Shown in pieces: positions 26,901 through 34,964 of a stretch of DNA of 64,000 nucleotides. The notes beneath the pieces are model-generated. The model ran no database searches. It was not told where the DNA came from and worked only from the letters and a program-made list of their open reading frames with translations. This DNA comes from Candidatus Jorgensenbacteria bacterium (GTDB taxonomy: Bacteria > Patescibacteriota > Minisyncoccia > UBA6257 > GWB1-50-10), in contig DRGK01000012.1 of assembly GCA_011050075.1 (NCBI GenBank), forward strand, positions 771 to 64,770. Reading direction: 5' to 3'. The position numbers were made by a program, and so were the translations under genes. How positions within the stretch are numbered: the first letter of the stretch is position 1; each line of letters begins with the position of its first letter.

Positions 26901-27464
26901 CGTTCCGCAACGCGGACACCATGGCAACACCTTGTATCCCTGATAGAGTTTCTTGTCTTCCCAAATGCGCTTCAGTATCCACCAGACGCTCTCCATAAAC
27001 GAGTTCTCATATGTAATGTACGGGTGCTCTAAATCAATCCAGAACCCCATACGCTCCGTCAATTTTTCCCATTCATCTTTATATTTCCAGACCGACTCTC
27101 TGCACTTCTGATTAAACTTCTCAATCCCATACGCCTCAATTTCTTTCTTGGAATTAATGCCGAGCGCTTTTTCAACTCCAAGCTCCACAGGCAGCCCATG
27201 CGTATCCCACCCGCCACGACGGGTAACAAAAAATCCGCGCATCGTTTTGTATCGCAGAATAATATCCTTAAACGAACGCGCAAGTACATGGTGGATGCCC
27301 GGACGGCCATTCGCCGTCGGCGGTCCTTCATAAAAAACAAATTTCTTCTTTTTTCTGCGCGCTTCTTGGGTTTTTTTGAAAATATGGTTCGTGCGCCAAA
27401 AATCAAGAACACGTTGCTCAATGTCAGGTAATAAAAATCGATCTTCTCTTTTAAATATCGGCAT
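23913..27464 (-). CDS. ileS: Isoleucyl-tRNA synthetase (type 2, eukaryote/archaeal-like) carrying a ~200-aa inserted histidine-phosphatase (PGAM-family) domain
   Basis: PPTANGRPGIHHV is the type-2 IleRS HIGH region and KMSKS is present. Residues ~495-700 (about nt 25365-25982) contain YVLMRHGLAESN, VIISSDFRRTKETAEII and ILIISHEYPL. These are the RHG, SPLxRAxxTA and SHG signatures of histidine phosphatases. They lie between LPVWTCSGC and HRPYVD...KMKRVPEVIDGWFDSG. Confidence 0.8.
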   Translation of the reverse strand: MPIFKREDRFLLPDIEQRVLDFWRTNHIFKKTQEARRKKKKFVFYEGPPTANGRPGIHHVLARSFKDIILRYKTMRGFFVTRRGGWDTHGLPVELGVEKALGINSKKEIEAYGIEKFNQKCRESVWKYKDEWEKLTERMGFWIDLEHPYITYENSFMESVWWILKRIWEDKKLYQGYKVLPWCPRCGTALSSHELTQGYNTVRDTSVYVKFKMKPRQKIGKKASGNNTYILSWTTTPWTLPGNVALAVGETIAYIEIEKNGERLIYAKNSPLAETFGRVGREIRGRDLLGLRYEPLFIIKEFQNDHKAYRVYHADFVATDEGTGVVHTAVMYGEDDYRLGVDVGLPQHHTVDETGRFTKDVPELRGLFVKDKETEKKIIATLKKQNNLLQTEQYEHEYPFCWRCDTPILYYARHSWFIKMSALRKKLLVANEQVRWVPEHTKHGRFGEWLREVKDWALSRERYWATPLPVWTCSGCDAVEVIGSYRELSDRLGGARSTYVLMRHGLAESNTKNIVNSNPKDKDKFGLTLAGRVQVEQAVKLFKKRKDKIDVIISSDFRRTKETAEIIGKALGIPVTTNIRLREINVGTFHGGGPEKYHVFFAKPTEKFSKRPPKGEHLRDLAKRTYQAITEIEKKYKNKTILIISHEYPLWMLETVMRSWGEEQTLLVKQEQEQSGIYDFFGTGESREVVYMQAPRNKWGFADFHRPYVDTVIFPCNACDKKMKRVPEVIDGWFDSGAMPFAQAHYPFSCIKKSGAQIPAPENCIDFPGDFIAEGVDQTRGWFYSLLAIGVLLKQESPYRNVISHGLVLDSYGRKMSKSRGNMVDPWEIADKFGIDVVRWYFYTVNAPGEPKRFDEKELRKVSANFVMLLYNSFVFFRTYRAKRVSLQKREVRHVLDTWILARLAEVTQESTRKLDVYDVMGAARLIEELVQDLSRWYIRRSRRRFQRPESTRAHADASYTLGYVLLGVSKLIAPFTPFLSEALYRSLTSEITGYEFEESVHLEDWTKQEQGLSNTSLLKAMKEVRELARAGLAKRELISMKVRQPLASLSIKRAPMVRKDKELQEILREEVNVKRVLFNARQKEDVVLDSVLTHELEEEGWVRELVRTIQRMRQDAELEPGDSIALGIDAPKLFDATMRRYMKTIQEEISASEVRYTPLRIHTLSRQMRIGPYEIKLTLKKR

Positions 27465-27505
27465 TGTCTTTATTCTACTGGAAAGCGTTCATCGATTAAA
27501 GAAAT

Positions 27506-27814
27506 GTGGGGTTGACCCTTTTTGCAGCATGCTACATACTGTCTACTGTGCCAAACACAACATCAGCAAAAAAAGCTCTGCGTAAGTCATTGAAACGGCG
27601 AACGCATAATATACAGCGAAAAGCGTTGCTTAAAGATTCGGTAAAGCGTCATCGCAAACTACTTGAGGGAGGTAAGATAAAAGATGCGCGGGCACTTCTG
27701 CCGCAAGCATATAAAATCATTGATAAGCTTGCGAAGGTGCATACGATAACCAAAAATAAAGCGCGCCGGCTGAAGTCTCAATTAGCGAAGCGCTCCAATA
27801 GTAAAGGCGAGTAA
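27506..27814 (+). CDS. rpsT: 30S ribosomal protein S20; the true start is probably the in-frame GTG at 27548
   Basis: …PNTTSAKKALRKSLKRRTHNIQRKALLKD matches S20. The listed N-terminal 14 aa contain a promoter-like TTGACC (27512-27517) with a -10-like element about 16-17 nt downstream, consistent with a leaderless start. Confidence 0.7.
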   Translation: MGLTLFAACYILSTVPNTTSAKKALRKSLKRRTHNIQRKALLKDSVKRHRKLLEGGKIKDARALLPQAYKIIDKLAKVHTITKNKARRLKSQLAKRSNSKGE

Positions 27815-28600
27815 CGCTTCACTGTCCTCAAGTTTCCCTGATTTTTTCAAAACATCATATGCCGCAATACGTGCGGCGTTTTTTCCGTGCGCCTGATACG
27901 CAAGTAGATTGAATACATGAGCCAACGACTCGCCGTGTATATACAGTTTCTCGAGCACTGCTAGTCGCTCGGAAAGGTTTTGTGTGTTCAATAGGCGACG
28001 CACGGCAGTAAAAAGCTCCTCCGAAACGTCCCAGTGGACAATTGATTGCATATCACGCAGCGAAACCGGTTGTGTAAAGCCCGCAAGACCGGTAATCGCC
28101 ACTACCTGTACTATTCTCCAGCTCCGATCATTGTGTGCCTCCAAGTACGACATAAAAAAACGCAATGCCTCCGGAGAAAGTTTTACACGAAGCTCCTCCA
28201 ACTCTCGCGCAATAAATTGCTGTAGTGATGCGCCGCTCAGTTCTGCAAATTCCTGTGACTTAGCTGGGTCAGTATACAAAAAAGAGAATGCGCGCGACGG
28301 CTTTTTATGATTGGTTGCAAGTACGACAATCCGACTATTGCTTTTCACTACTGATTTTAACGTGCGTATCCACTCTTTCTCAGTTACAGACGCTACCTCC
28401 CGCACCACCGCTACCTTTGCGTCTACAAATAATGCCGGTTGCTTCAAAAAATCACGTACTTCCTGCCACGCATCGGGATGTTCACTAATATCGATGTCGC
28501 AGATGTCTGTCTGTACATGCTTGCTTCGGTACGAATCGAGGAGCTGATTAAGTTTACGGTTCAGACGATACGAGTCCGGACCATATAAAGTCACTATCAT
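27782..28600 (-). CDS. holA: DNA polymerase III delta subunit-like (HolA); start taken at the internal Met MIVTLYGPDSY
   Basis: The N-terminus IVTLYGPDSYRLNRKLNQLL resembles delta-subunit N-termini, and the size (~270 aa) fits. The assignment is tentative. Confidence 0.5.
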   Translation of the reverse strand: MIVTLYGPDSYRLNRKLNQLLDSYRSKHVQTDICDIDISEHPDAWQEVRDFLKQPALFVDAKVAVVREVASVTEKEWIRTLKSVVKSNSRIVVLATNHKKPSRAFSFLYTDPAKSQEFAELSGASLQQFIARELEELRVKLSPEALRFFMSYLEAHNDRSWRIVQVVAITGLAGFTQPVSLRDMQSIVHWDVSEELFTAVRRLLNTQNLSERLAVLEKLYIHGESLAHVFNLLAYQAHGKNAARIAAYDVLKKSGKLEDSEALLAFTIGALR

Positions 28601-28653
28601 ACTCGCATTGTACCACAAGAAAATGCCCCACAGTGTTGTGTGGGGCATCTTTT

Positions 28654-29073
28654 TTAGCGTAGTCTCAAATCGCTCTTTCCTACATCCCAGTACGTGACGC
28701 GCGAATCCCATCCCGAGTTGTTAAAACTAAATCTCCGGCTCCGCGAGCCAAGGTAAACTCTTTCACTATTCACAATGGAATAGGCGGAGATCACAATAAC
28801 AAGCGTCTGTGACTGGATGAGCGGGTCGGCTGGGATGCGAAAGGATTCTCCTTCAGGCAGGTCTCTTACCACAATAGAGGTGCCAAAATACCCTTCTTTT
28901 TTTATGGTAAGTAAGATATCCGGTATCGTGTTCAACACAACCACCCCCTGACGTGACAGCGGAAGATTGGTTTGCACCTCAACCTTCGGCCAGTTAATAA
29001 TAAGAGGGCGGATGCCAGCACACGCAGAAAGGATAAGAGAGACACCGATGAACAGCAAGGAAAAGTTTTTCAT
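28654..29073 (-). CDS. Putative lipoprotein, hypothetical
   Basis: The signal peptide carries the lipobox LILSAC. Confidence 0.45.
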   Translation of the reverse strand: MKNFSLLFIGVSLILSACAGIRPLIINWPKVEVQTNLPLSRQGVVVLNTIPDILLTIKKEGYFGTSIVVRDLPEGESFRIPADPLIQSQTLVIVISAYSIVNSERVYLGSRSRRFSFNNSGWDSRVTYWDVGKSDLRLR

Positions 29074-29225
29074 TTCCTTTCTCCTTCTTTATTTTTATTT
29101 CTTGATGAACTGTGTATATTATATGATATAAGATTCTATTTGTCAATCCCTCACTCTTATTTAAGAAGGGGGAGGAAGAGACCATTCCTTGCCAATAGCA
29201 CACAATCAGAATACTCTAAAAGAAG

Positions 29226-30914
29226 ATGGTACAGTCAGAACTAGACGAATTCCTTCAAGAACAACGTAAAGCAGCTGAAGAGCGTGCGGCAAGAAAACGT
29301 GCGGAGAAGCTCAGTCTGGACTACCTCGACCTTATTTCGGTTAGCGCGCCAACCGAGATAAAAGCAATGGAACTTATAAAAGAAGAGGACGCTCGCCGCG
29401 GCAAATTGGTGCCGGTTCAGCTCATTAGAAAAAAGCTTATTGTAGCTGTTTTCAACCCATCTTTACCGGAAGCGGTAAAACTCATTAAACAACTTGAAAA
29501 AAACTACACCGTAACAGTCGTTATTGCCACCGAGTCAGGATTACGACACGCATGGAGCTACTACCAATACGTTAAAGAAACACCAAAACACGTCTCCGGA
29601 GCGGTAACTATTGACCCCGAGCGTATACAGCAGATTCAACAAGACATTCAGACACTCAAAAACTTTACCTCGGCTCTGGAAACGTTTAAAAATCCACAAA
29701 TTTCACGAGTACTTGAACTTGTTCTCGGAGGTGCCGTTGCGCTTGGAGCATCGGACATTCACCTTGAACCGGGGAAAGAAGCTAACTTTGTCCGTATCCG
29801 TATTGACGGCATGCTTCACATCGTGTCCGTTAATATGAGCGAGAAGCTTTATCATGCACTCGTCAGCAGAATCAAGCTTCTTTCAAATCTAAAACTCAAT
29901 ATTAAAGATGAAGCACAGGACGGACGATTCACGATCAATCTGCCCAAACGTGATATTGAAATTCGGTCCTCAGTTATTCCTTCCGAGTATGGAGAAACTG
30001 TGGTTATGCGCCTGCTCGATCCAGGCGCACTGGATGTTAGTCTCGAAAAACTCGGGTGGCGCAAAGATGATTTAGAAATAATCAAACAAGAAACAAGCAA
30101 GCCAAATGGGCTCATTTTAAACACCGGTCCCACCGGTTCCGGTAAAACTACCACGCTCTACGCATTTCTTAAACAAGCCAATAAGCCGGAGATAAAAATC
30201 ATTACCGTAGAAGACCCTGTTGAGTACCACCTTGACGGCGTTTCCCAAACACAAGTCGATCCCGACGCCGGGTATACCTTTGCAAGTGGGTTGCGCTCTA
30301 TTTTACGCCAGGACCCTGATATTATTCTCATTGGTGAGATACGAGACAAAGAAACTGCCGGGATTGCTCTCAATGCTTCTCTTACCGGGCACTTGGTATT
30401 TTCAACGCTCCACACGAACGATGCTGTTGGCGCCGTGCCACGCCTCATAGACTTGGGAGCAAAACCGAATATTCTCGGTCCTGCGCTCTCGGTAGTTATC
30501 GCACAGCGTCTTGTGCGCAAGCTCTGTCCCGCTTGTAAAGAAGCAGTTGGTGCAGATACAATAAAAAGAGAGGTGATTGATGCGTTTTTAAATAGTTTAC
30601 CAAAACGTGTTGACCGTGCGCCGTATAAAAACCCGACCATCTACAAGTCTGTTGGGTGTACGGAATGTAACAATATCGGGTACAAGGGACGCACTTCCAT
30701 CTTTGAGCTCTTTGTTATTTCCGAACCAATCGAACAGGCGATTTATAAAAGCCCCACAGAACTGGAACTCAAAGAACTGGCACGTACACAGGGAATGGTA
30801 ACCATGCAAGAAGATGGAGTACTGAAGATATTTCAGGGTATCACCGACATTGCTGAAGTTGAGCGGCTTACCGGTTCCATTGTATGGACTCAAACAAAAA
30901 ACACCTCAATATAG
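29226..30914 (+). CDS. pilB: Type II/IV secretion-family ATPase (PilB/GspE-like; type IV pilus assembly ATPase)
   Basis: The Walker A motif is NTGPTGSGKTTT. The tetracysteine is CPACKE…CTECNNIGYKGR. At 562 aa it carries an N-terminal GSPII-like domain. Confidence 0.8.
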   Translation: MVQSELDEFLQEQRKAAEERAARKRAEKLSLDYLDLISVSAPTEIKAMELIKEEDARRGKLVPVQLIRKKLIVAVFNPSLPEAVKLIKQLEKNYTVTVVIATESGLRHAWSYYQYVKETPKHVSGAVTIDPERIQQIQQDIQTLKNFTSALETFKNPQISRVLELVLGGAVALGASDIHLEPGKEANFVRIRIDGMLHIVSVNMSEKLYHALVSRIKLLSNLKLNIKDEAQDGRFTINLPKRDIEIRSSVIPSEYGETVVMRLLDPGALDVSLEKLGWRKDDLEIIKQETSKPNGLILNTGPTGSGKTTTLYAFLKQANKPEIKIITVEDPVEYHLDGVSQTQVDPDAGYTFASGLRSILRQDPDIILIGEIRDKETAGIALNASLTGHLVFSTLHTNDAVGAVPRLIDLGAKPNILGPALSVVIAQRLVRKLCPACKEAVGADTIKREVIDAFLNSLPKRVDRAPYKNPTIYKSVGCTECNNIGYKGRTSIFELFVISEPIEQAIYKSPTELELKELARTQGMVTMQEDGVLKIFQGITDIAEVERLTGSIVWTQTKNTSI

Positions 30915-31034
30915 GCCTGTGGGCGAAAGGGAAACTTTTTGGGATACAAAAAGGTAGGAATTCTCCCGAGGTGTTGCTCAGCCAGAGCCAAACAATCCTA
31001 GGTCTGAGAAGAGTTCCTGTTCGCCCACAGGCCT
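30913..31034. repeat. 122-nt element bounded by perfect 15-bp inverted repeats (AGGCCTGTGGGCGAA … TTCGCCCACAGGCCT) with internal sub-hairpins
   Basis: The inverted repeats are at 30913-30927 and 31020-31034. Internal short stems include CTTTTT/AAAAAG and GCTC/GAGC. It is intergenic between pilB and ruvB. Confidence 0.5.
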
Positions 31035-31088
31035 CTACTGAGATGTTCAACGCTTAATTTAACATAAAAACATTCACTTGTCAATATA

Positions 31089-32072
31089 ATGGAAGACTCA
31101 ACTCTAGAACTTACTCTACGTCCAAACAACTGGGAAGAATACGTTGGGCAAGAACAGGTCAAGCGCAGTCTACGCCTGATTATTGATGCTGCAAAACAGC
31201 GCGGTGAGTCTTGTGACCACCTTCTCTTTCACGGACAGGCTGGGTTGGGCAAAACCACGATTGCATATATTGTCGCACGAACAATGGGCGCACATATTAA
31301 AACAACATCAGGTCCGGCTTTGGAAAAAACAGGTGATATTGCAGCAATTCTTACAAACATAGAACCCCACGAAATTCTCTTTATTGACGAGATTCACCGC
31401 CTCTCCAAGCCGGTTGAAGAGGTTCTCTATCCCGCGCTTGACAGTAGAAAACTACACCTCATCGTAGGCAAGGGGCCCTCAGCGCGAACACTCTCAATTG
31501 ACCTTCCTCCCTTCACCGTCATCGGAGCTACCACACGCGCAAGTTTACTGTCCTCACCCTTACGTTCCAGGTTTGGTGGAATTTTTAAGTTGGACTATTA
31601 TAAAAAAGAGGATATTGAGAAAATCATCAAACGCTCTGCTAAGTTGCTCACTATTGATATCACTCAGGGTGCCGTTTCCAGAATTGCAGAAGCGTCTCGT
31701 TTTACTCCTCGCGTTGCCAACCGATTACTCAAGCGGTGCCGTGATTGGGCACAGGTATATAAAAAACCGCGCATAGATGAGAACGTAGCTGCCGAGACAC
31801 TTACTGTGCTCACTATTGATAATTTAGGACTCGAAGAAACTGACAGACATCTTCTGGAGACGGTTATTACCAAATTTGGTGGAGGTCCGGTTGGTATTAG
31901 GTCTCTTGCCGCGGCACTCAACGAAGAGGTAGGTACGATTGAAGAAGTATATGAGCCCTACCTTCTCCGCACCGGACTTCTTCAACGTACGCCGGGTGGA
32001 CGCGTTGCCACATCACTTACGTACAAACATCTACAACATAAGGAGCCGCGTAATCGTAGCTCATTTCTATAA
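31089..32072 (+). CDS. ruvB: Holliday junction branch-migration helicase RuvB
   Basis: The Walker A motif is GQAGLGKTT and the Walker B is LFIDEIHRL. Confidence 0.9.
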   Translation: MEDSTLELTLRPNNWEEYVGQEQVKRSLRLIIDAAKQRGESCDHLLFHGQAGLGKTTIAYIVARTMGAHIKTTSGPALEKTGDIAAILTNIEPHEILFIDEIHRLSKPVEEVLYPALDSRKLHLIVGKGPSARTLSIDLPPFTVIGATTRASLLSSPLRSRFGGIFKLDYYKKEDIEKIIKRSAKLLTIDITQGAVSRIAEASRFTPRVANRLLKRCRDWAQVYKKPRIDENVAAETLTVLTIDNLGLEETDRHLLETVITKFGGGPVGIRSLAAALNEEVGTIEEVYEPYLLRTGLLQRTPGGRVATSLTYKHLQHKEPRNRSSFL

Positions 32073-32077
32073 CGCGG

Positions 32078-32545
32078 TTGAGTGTTACGATGAAACTCAC
32101 TACACACTCAGAAAAAGAAACGCGCGATGCTGCACACAAGCTTGCAGCAGTCATTATACAAGCAAAACCACGCAAACATGCATTGGTTTTTGGTCTTACC
32201 GGAGAACTTGGCGCCGGTAAGACTTTATTTATAAAAGCGCTCGCCAAATCACTTGGTGTGTCAGAGCGTGTTTCAAGTCCTTCGTTTTTGATATTTCGTA
32301 CATACAAAATCAACCTTCCACAGTTCCAAAAACTACACCACGTAGACGCCTACCGACTTAAAGACCCTAAAGATATTGTTTCTCTTGGGTTCGATACAAT
32401 GATCGGTGATTCACACAGTATTATGGTAATTGAGTGGGCAGAAAAAATAAAAACACTCCTCACGAAAAATACGCACTGGATAATCTTCCACCACAGCGAC
32501 AAACCAACCGAACGCACTATAGAGGGTTTACCAATAACGTTATAG
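32078..32545 (+). CDS. tsaE: tRNA threonylcarbamoyladenosine biosynthesis ATPase TsaE (YjeE)
   Basis: The P-loop is GLTGELGAGKTLFIKALAKSLG and the SPSF motif follows. Confidence 0.8.
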   Translation: MSVTMKLTTHSEKETRDAAHKLAAVIIQAKPRKHALVFGLTGELGAGKTLFIKALAKSLGVSERVSSPSFLIFRTYKINLPQFQKLHHVDAYRLKDPKDIVSLGFDTMIGDSHSIMVIEWAEKIKTLLTKNTHWIIFHHSDKPTERTIEGLPITL

Positions 32546-32546
32546 T

Positions 32547-34964
32547 ATGACAACACGAACAAAAAAATTGCTCATCATAGATGCAAACGCGCTCGTACAC
32601 AGAACTTTTCATGCACTGCCACCACTCTCCACACAGGACGGAAGACCGGTAGGCGCCCTCTATGGCTTAGCAAATGTTCTCATAAAAGTTCTTAAACAAG
32701 AACACCCTGATTATGTGATTGCGGCATTTGATACTCCAGAACCAACGTTCCGTAAGAAGATGTTTACAGATTACAAAGCGCACCGACCAAAAGCTCCCGA
32801 TGAGCTCGTTTCACAACTCATTGAATCACGTGTCCTGTTCAAAAAAATTGGCATTATCACCATAGAACAGCCTGGTTTTGAAGCAGATGACCTTATTGGT
32901 TCGCTTGTGGAACGTTTTGGTTCAACAAAAAACCTACAAATTACTATTCTAACCGGTGACTTAGACGCGCTGCAGTTGGTAAGCGGAGACGACATCACCG
33001 TGCTCACTTTCAAAAAAGGCGTGTCACAAACCATCACATACGACGAACGACAGGTTGTAGAACGGTACGGCATTAAACCGGAGCAATTAGTGGACTACAA
33101 GGGTCTTGTGGGCGATCCATCAGATAATATTCCCGGTGTTCCGGGCATCGGCCCTAAAACGGCTACACAACTACTTAAAGAATATCATTCTATTGAAAAA
33201 ACTTACGCAAACATAAAAAAAATTAAAAGCGCGGCAACCGTAAAAAAACTTACGGAGCACAAGGAGCAGGCCCTCCTCTCAAAGCAACTTGCTATTATTC
33301 GCCGAGACATTCCGTGTAACGTATCTCTCATTGACATCTCATACACACCTTCTTACCGCGCGCTCATTCCATACCTTAAGAAGTTGGAATTCTTTTCGCT
33401 TATTGGGCGCCTCACGAGCACAAACTACAAAAATTTTAAACCAAAGAAAGCCGTTATGGTGGTAGGTAAAACTGTTACCAAAAAAATATTGCGGTCGGCG
33501 GAAATAAAGGTGGCTTTTCAGTGGAAGCCGATTTTAAAACAACTCAAGCAGATACATGATATTGCAACCGACTCCCTGTTTGATACTGCTATTGCTGGGT
33601 GGCTTCTGGACCCTGATAAAAAAATAACTGAACCTGAGTTGTTTGCACGACGGTGGCTCGGTAGGGTTCCAAAGAAAAAAGTGGAATTTCTCAGTGAATT
33701 ATATAACATTCTCACGTATGCCTTGCATAAAGAGCGGCTCGAAAATATATTTTGGAACATTGAAATGCCTATTATTCCCGTGCTCGCAGACATGGAGCAG
33801 TATGGAATTACTATAAACACTCCCGCTTTAAAAAAGTTGCGGCTTCAGGCTACAAAAAAGTTGGAGTCAGTTGCTAAAAAAATACACTCCCTAACTAACG
33901 TATCATTCAATATAAGCTCGCCAAAACAGGTAGGTGAGGTTCTTTTTGAAACACTTGGAGTTCCATACACACACTCAAAAACACCATCAGGTCAGTACCG
34001 CACATCAGAGGAGATTCTTGCCGATGTTGCTACCACACACCCCGTAGTACCCCTCATCACAGAGCACCGTGAGCTTTCTAAGCTTTTATCAACATATATA
34101 GAACCTGTTTTAGAAAAGACAGACACGACGGGACGCGTCCACACATCTTTCTTACAAACCTCAACAGCAACCGGGCGATTGTCTTCAGAAAATCCTAATC
34201 TTCAGAATATTCCCAAAACGTCCAAGTGGGCAAAACCACTTCGGGCCTGTTTTATTGCAATGCGCGGCTATCACTTCGTGTCATTTGATTATTCACAAAT
34301 AGAACTTCGTATTCTTGCGCACGTGACGAAAGATCCAAATCTCACACAGATCTTTCATGAAAACAAGGATATTCACACATTAACCGCTGCCCGCGTACTC
34401 GGCATACCTTTGCGTAATGTTGGTGAAAAAGAGCGGGCGCTCGCTAAAACACTTAATTTCGGTGTTATATACGGCATGGGAGCCCGTGCCTTCAGTAAAA
34501 CAAGCGGGCTAACTCTTGATAAATCAAAGCAGTTTATAGAAAAATACTTTGACGACTTCCCTTCTGTGCACGAATGGCAAGAACACACCATACAGGAAGC
34601 TCTTTCAAGCGGATACGTTACCAACATCAACGGAAGAAAGCGGTGGTTTACGCGCATGCCGCCTCATATGATAAAACGTGCAGCTATTAATATGCCTATT
34701 CAAAGTCTGGGAGCTGATATTATGAAACTCAGCATGCGAGGAGTATATGACCTACTCCATGCTCAGAACTGGCACAACACCGTACATATGGTTCTAACTA
34801 TTCACGACGAATTGCTCCTAGAAGTGGCCGATGATATGCTAAACATAGTTGTCCCCCAAATACAAAACACTATGGAAAATATATATCAACTATCTGCTCC
34901 GCTTCGGGTAGAAGTTACGCATGGAGCAACCTGGAGCACTATGCAGCCTTTTTCTCATTTATGA
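32547..34964 (+). CDS. polA: DNA polymerase I (5'-3' exonuclease + polymerase domains)
   Basis: The N-terminus LLIIDANALVHRTFHAL is the FEN domain. The C-terminal polymerase motifs are RRAAKTLNFGVIYG-like (ALAKTLNFGVIYGMG) and HDEL. Confidence 0.9.
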   Translation: MTTRTKKLLIIDANALVHRTFHALPPLSTQDGRPVGALYGLANVLIKVLKQEHPDYVIAAFDTPEPTFRKKMFTDYKAHRPKAPDELVSQLIESRVLFKKIGIITIEQPGFEADDLIGSLVERFGSTKNLQITILTGDLDALQLVSGDDITVLTFKKGVSQTITYDERQVVERYGIKPEQLVDYKGLVGDPSDNIPGVPGIGPKTATQLLKEYHSIEKTYANIKKIKSAATVKKLTEHKEQALLSKQLAIIRRDIPCNVSLIDISYTPSYRALIPYLKKLEFFSLIGRLTSTNYKNFKPKKAVMVVGKTVTKKILRSAEIKVAFQWKPILKQLKQIHDIATDSLFDTAIAGWLLDPDKKITEPELFARRWLGRVPKKKVEFLSELYNILTYALHKERLENIFWNIEMPIIPVLADMEQYGITINTPALKKLRLQATKKLESVAKKIHSLTNVSFNISSPKQVGEVLFETLGVPYTHSKTPSGQYRTSEEILADVATTHPVVPLITEHRELSKLLSTYIEPVLEKTDTTGRVHTSFLQTSTATGRLSSENPNLQNIPKTSKWAKPLRACFIAMRGYHFVSFDYSQIELRILAHVTKDPNLTQIFHENKDIHTLTAARVLGIPLRNVGEKERALAKTLNFGVIYGMGARAFSKTSGLTLDKSKQFIEKYFDDFPSVHEWQEHTIQEALSSGYVTNINGRKRWFTRMPPHMIKRAAINMPIQSLGADIMKLSMRGVYDLLHAQNWHNTVHMVLTIHDELLLEVADDMLNIVVPQIQNTMENIYQLSAPLRVEVTHGATWSTMQPFSHL

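Noticed and set aside
27782-28711. Full 309-aa extent of the holA-like ORF
   Set aside because: The N-terminal 37 residues overlap the downstream lipoprotein gene and lack homology. The internal Met at 28600 is used instead. The HolA assignment itself remains tentative.
29226-30914. PilB/GspE ATPase considered as the VirB11 component of the secretion-like cluster
   Set aside because: It lies ~13 kb away on the other strand. It has the long N-terminal domain and zinc tetracysteine typical of type IV pilus/T2SS ATPases rather than VirB11.
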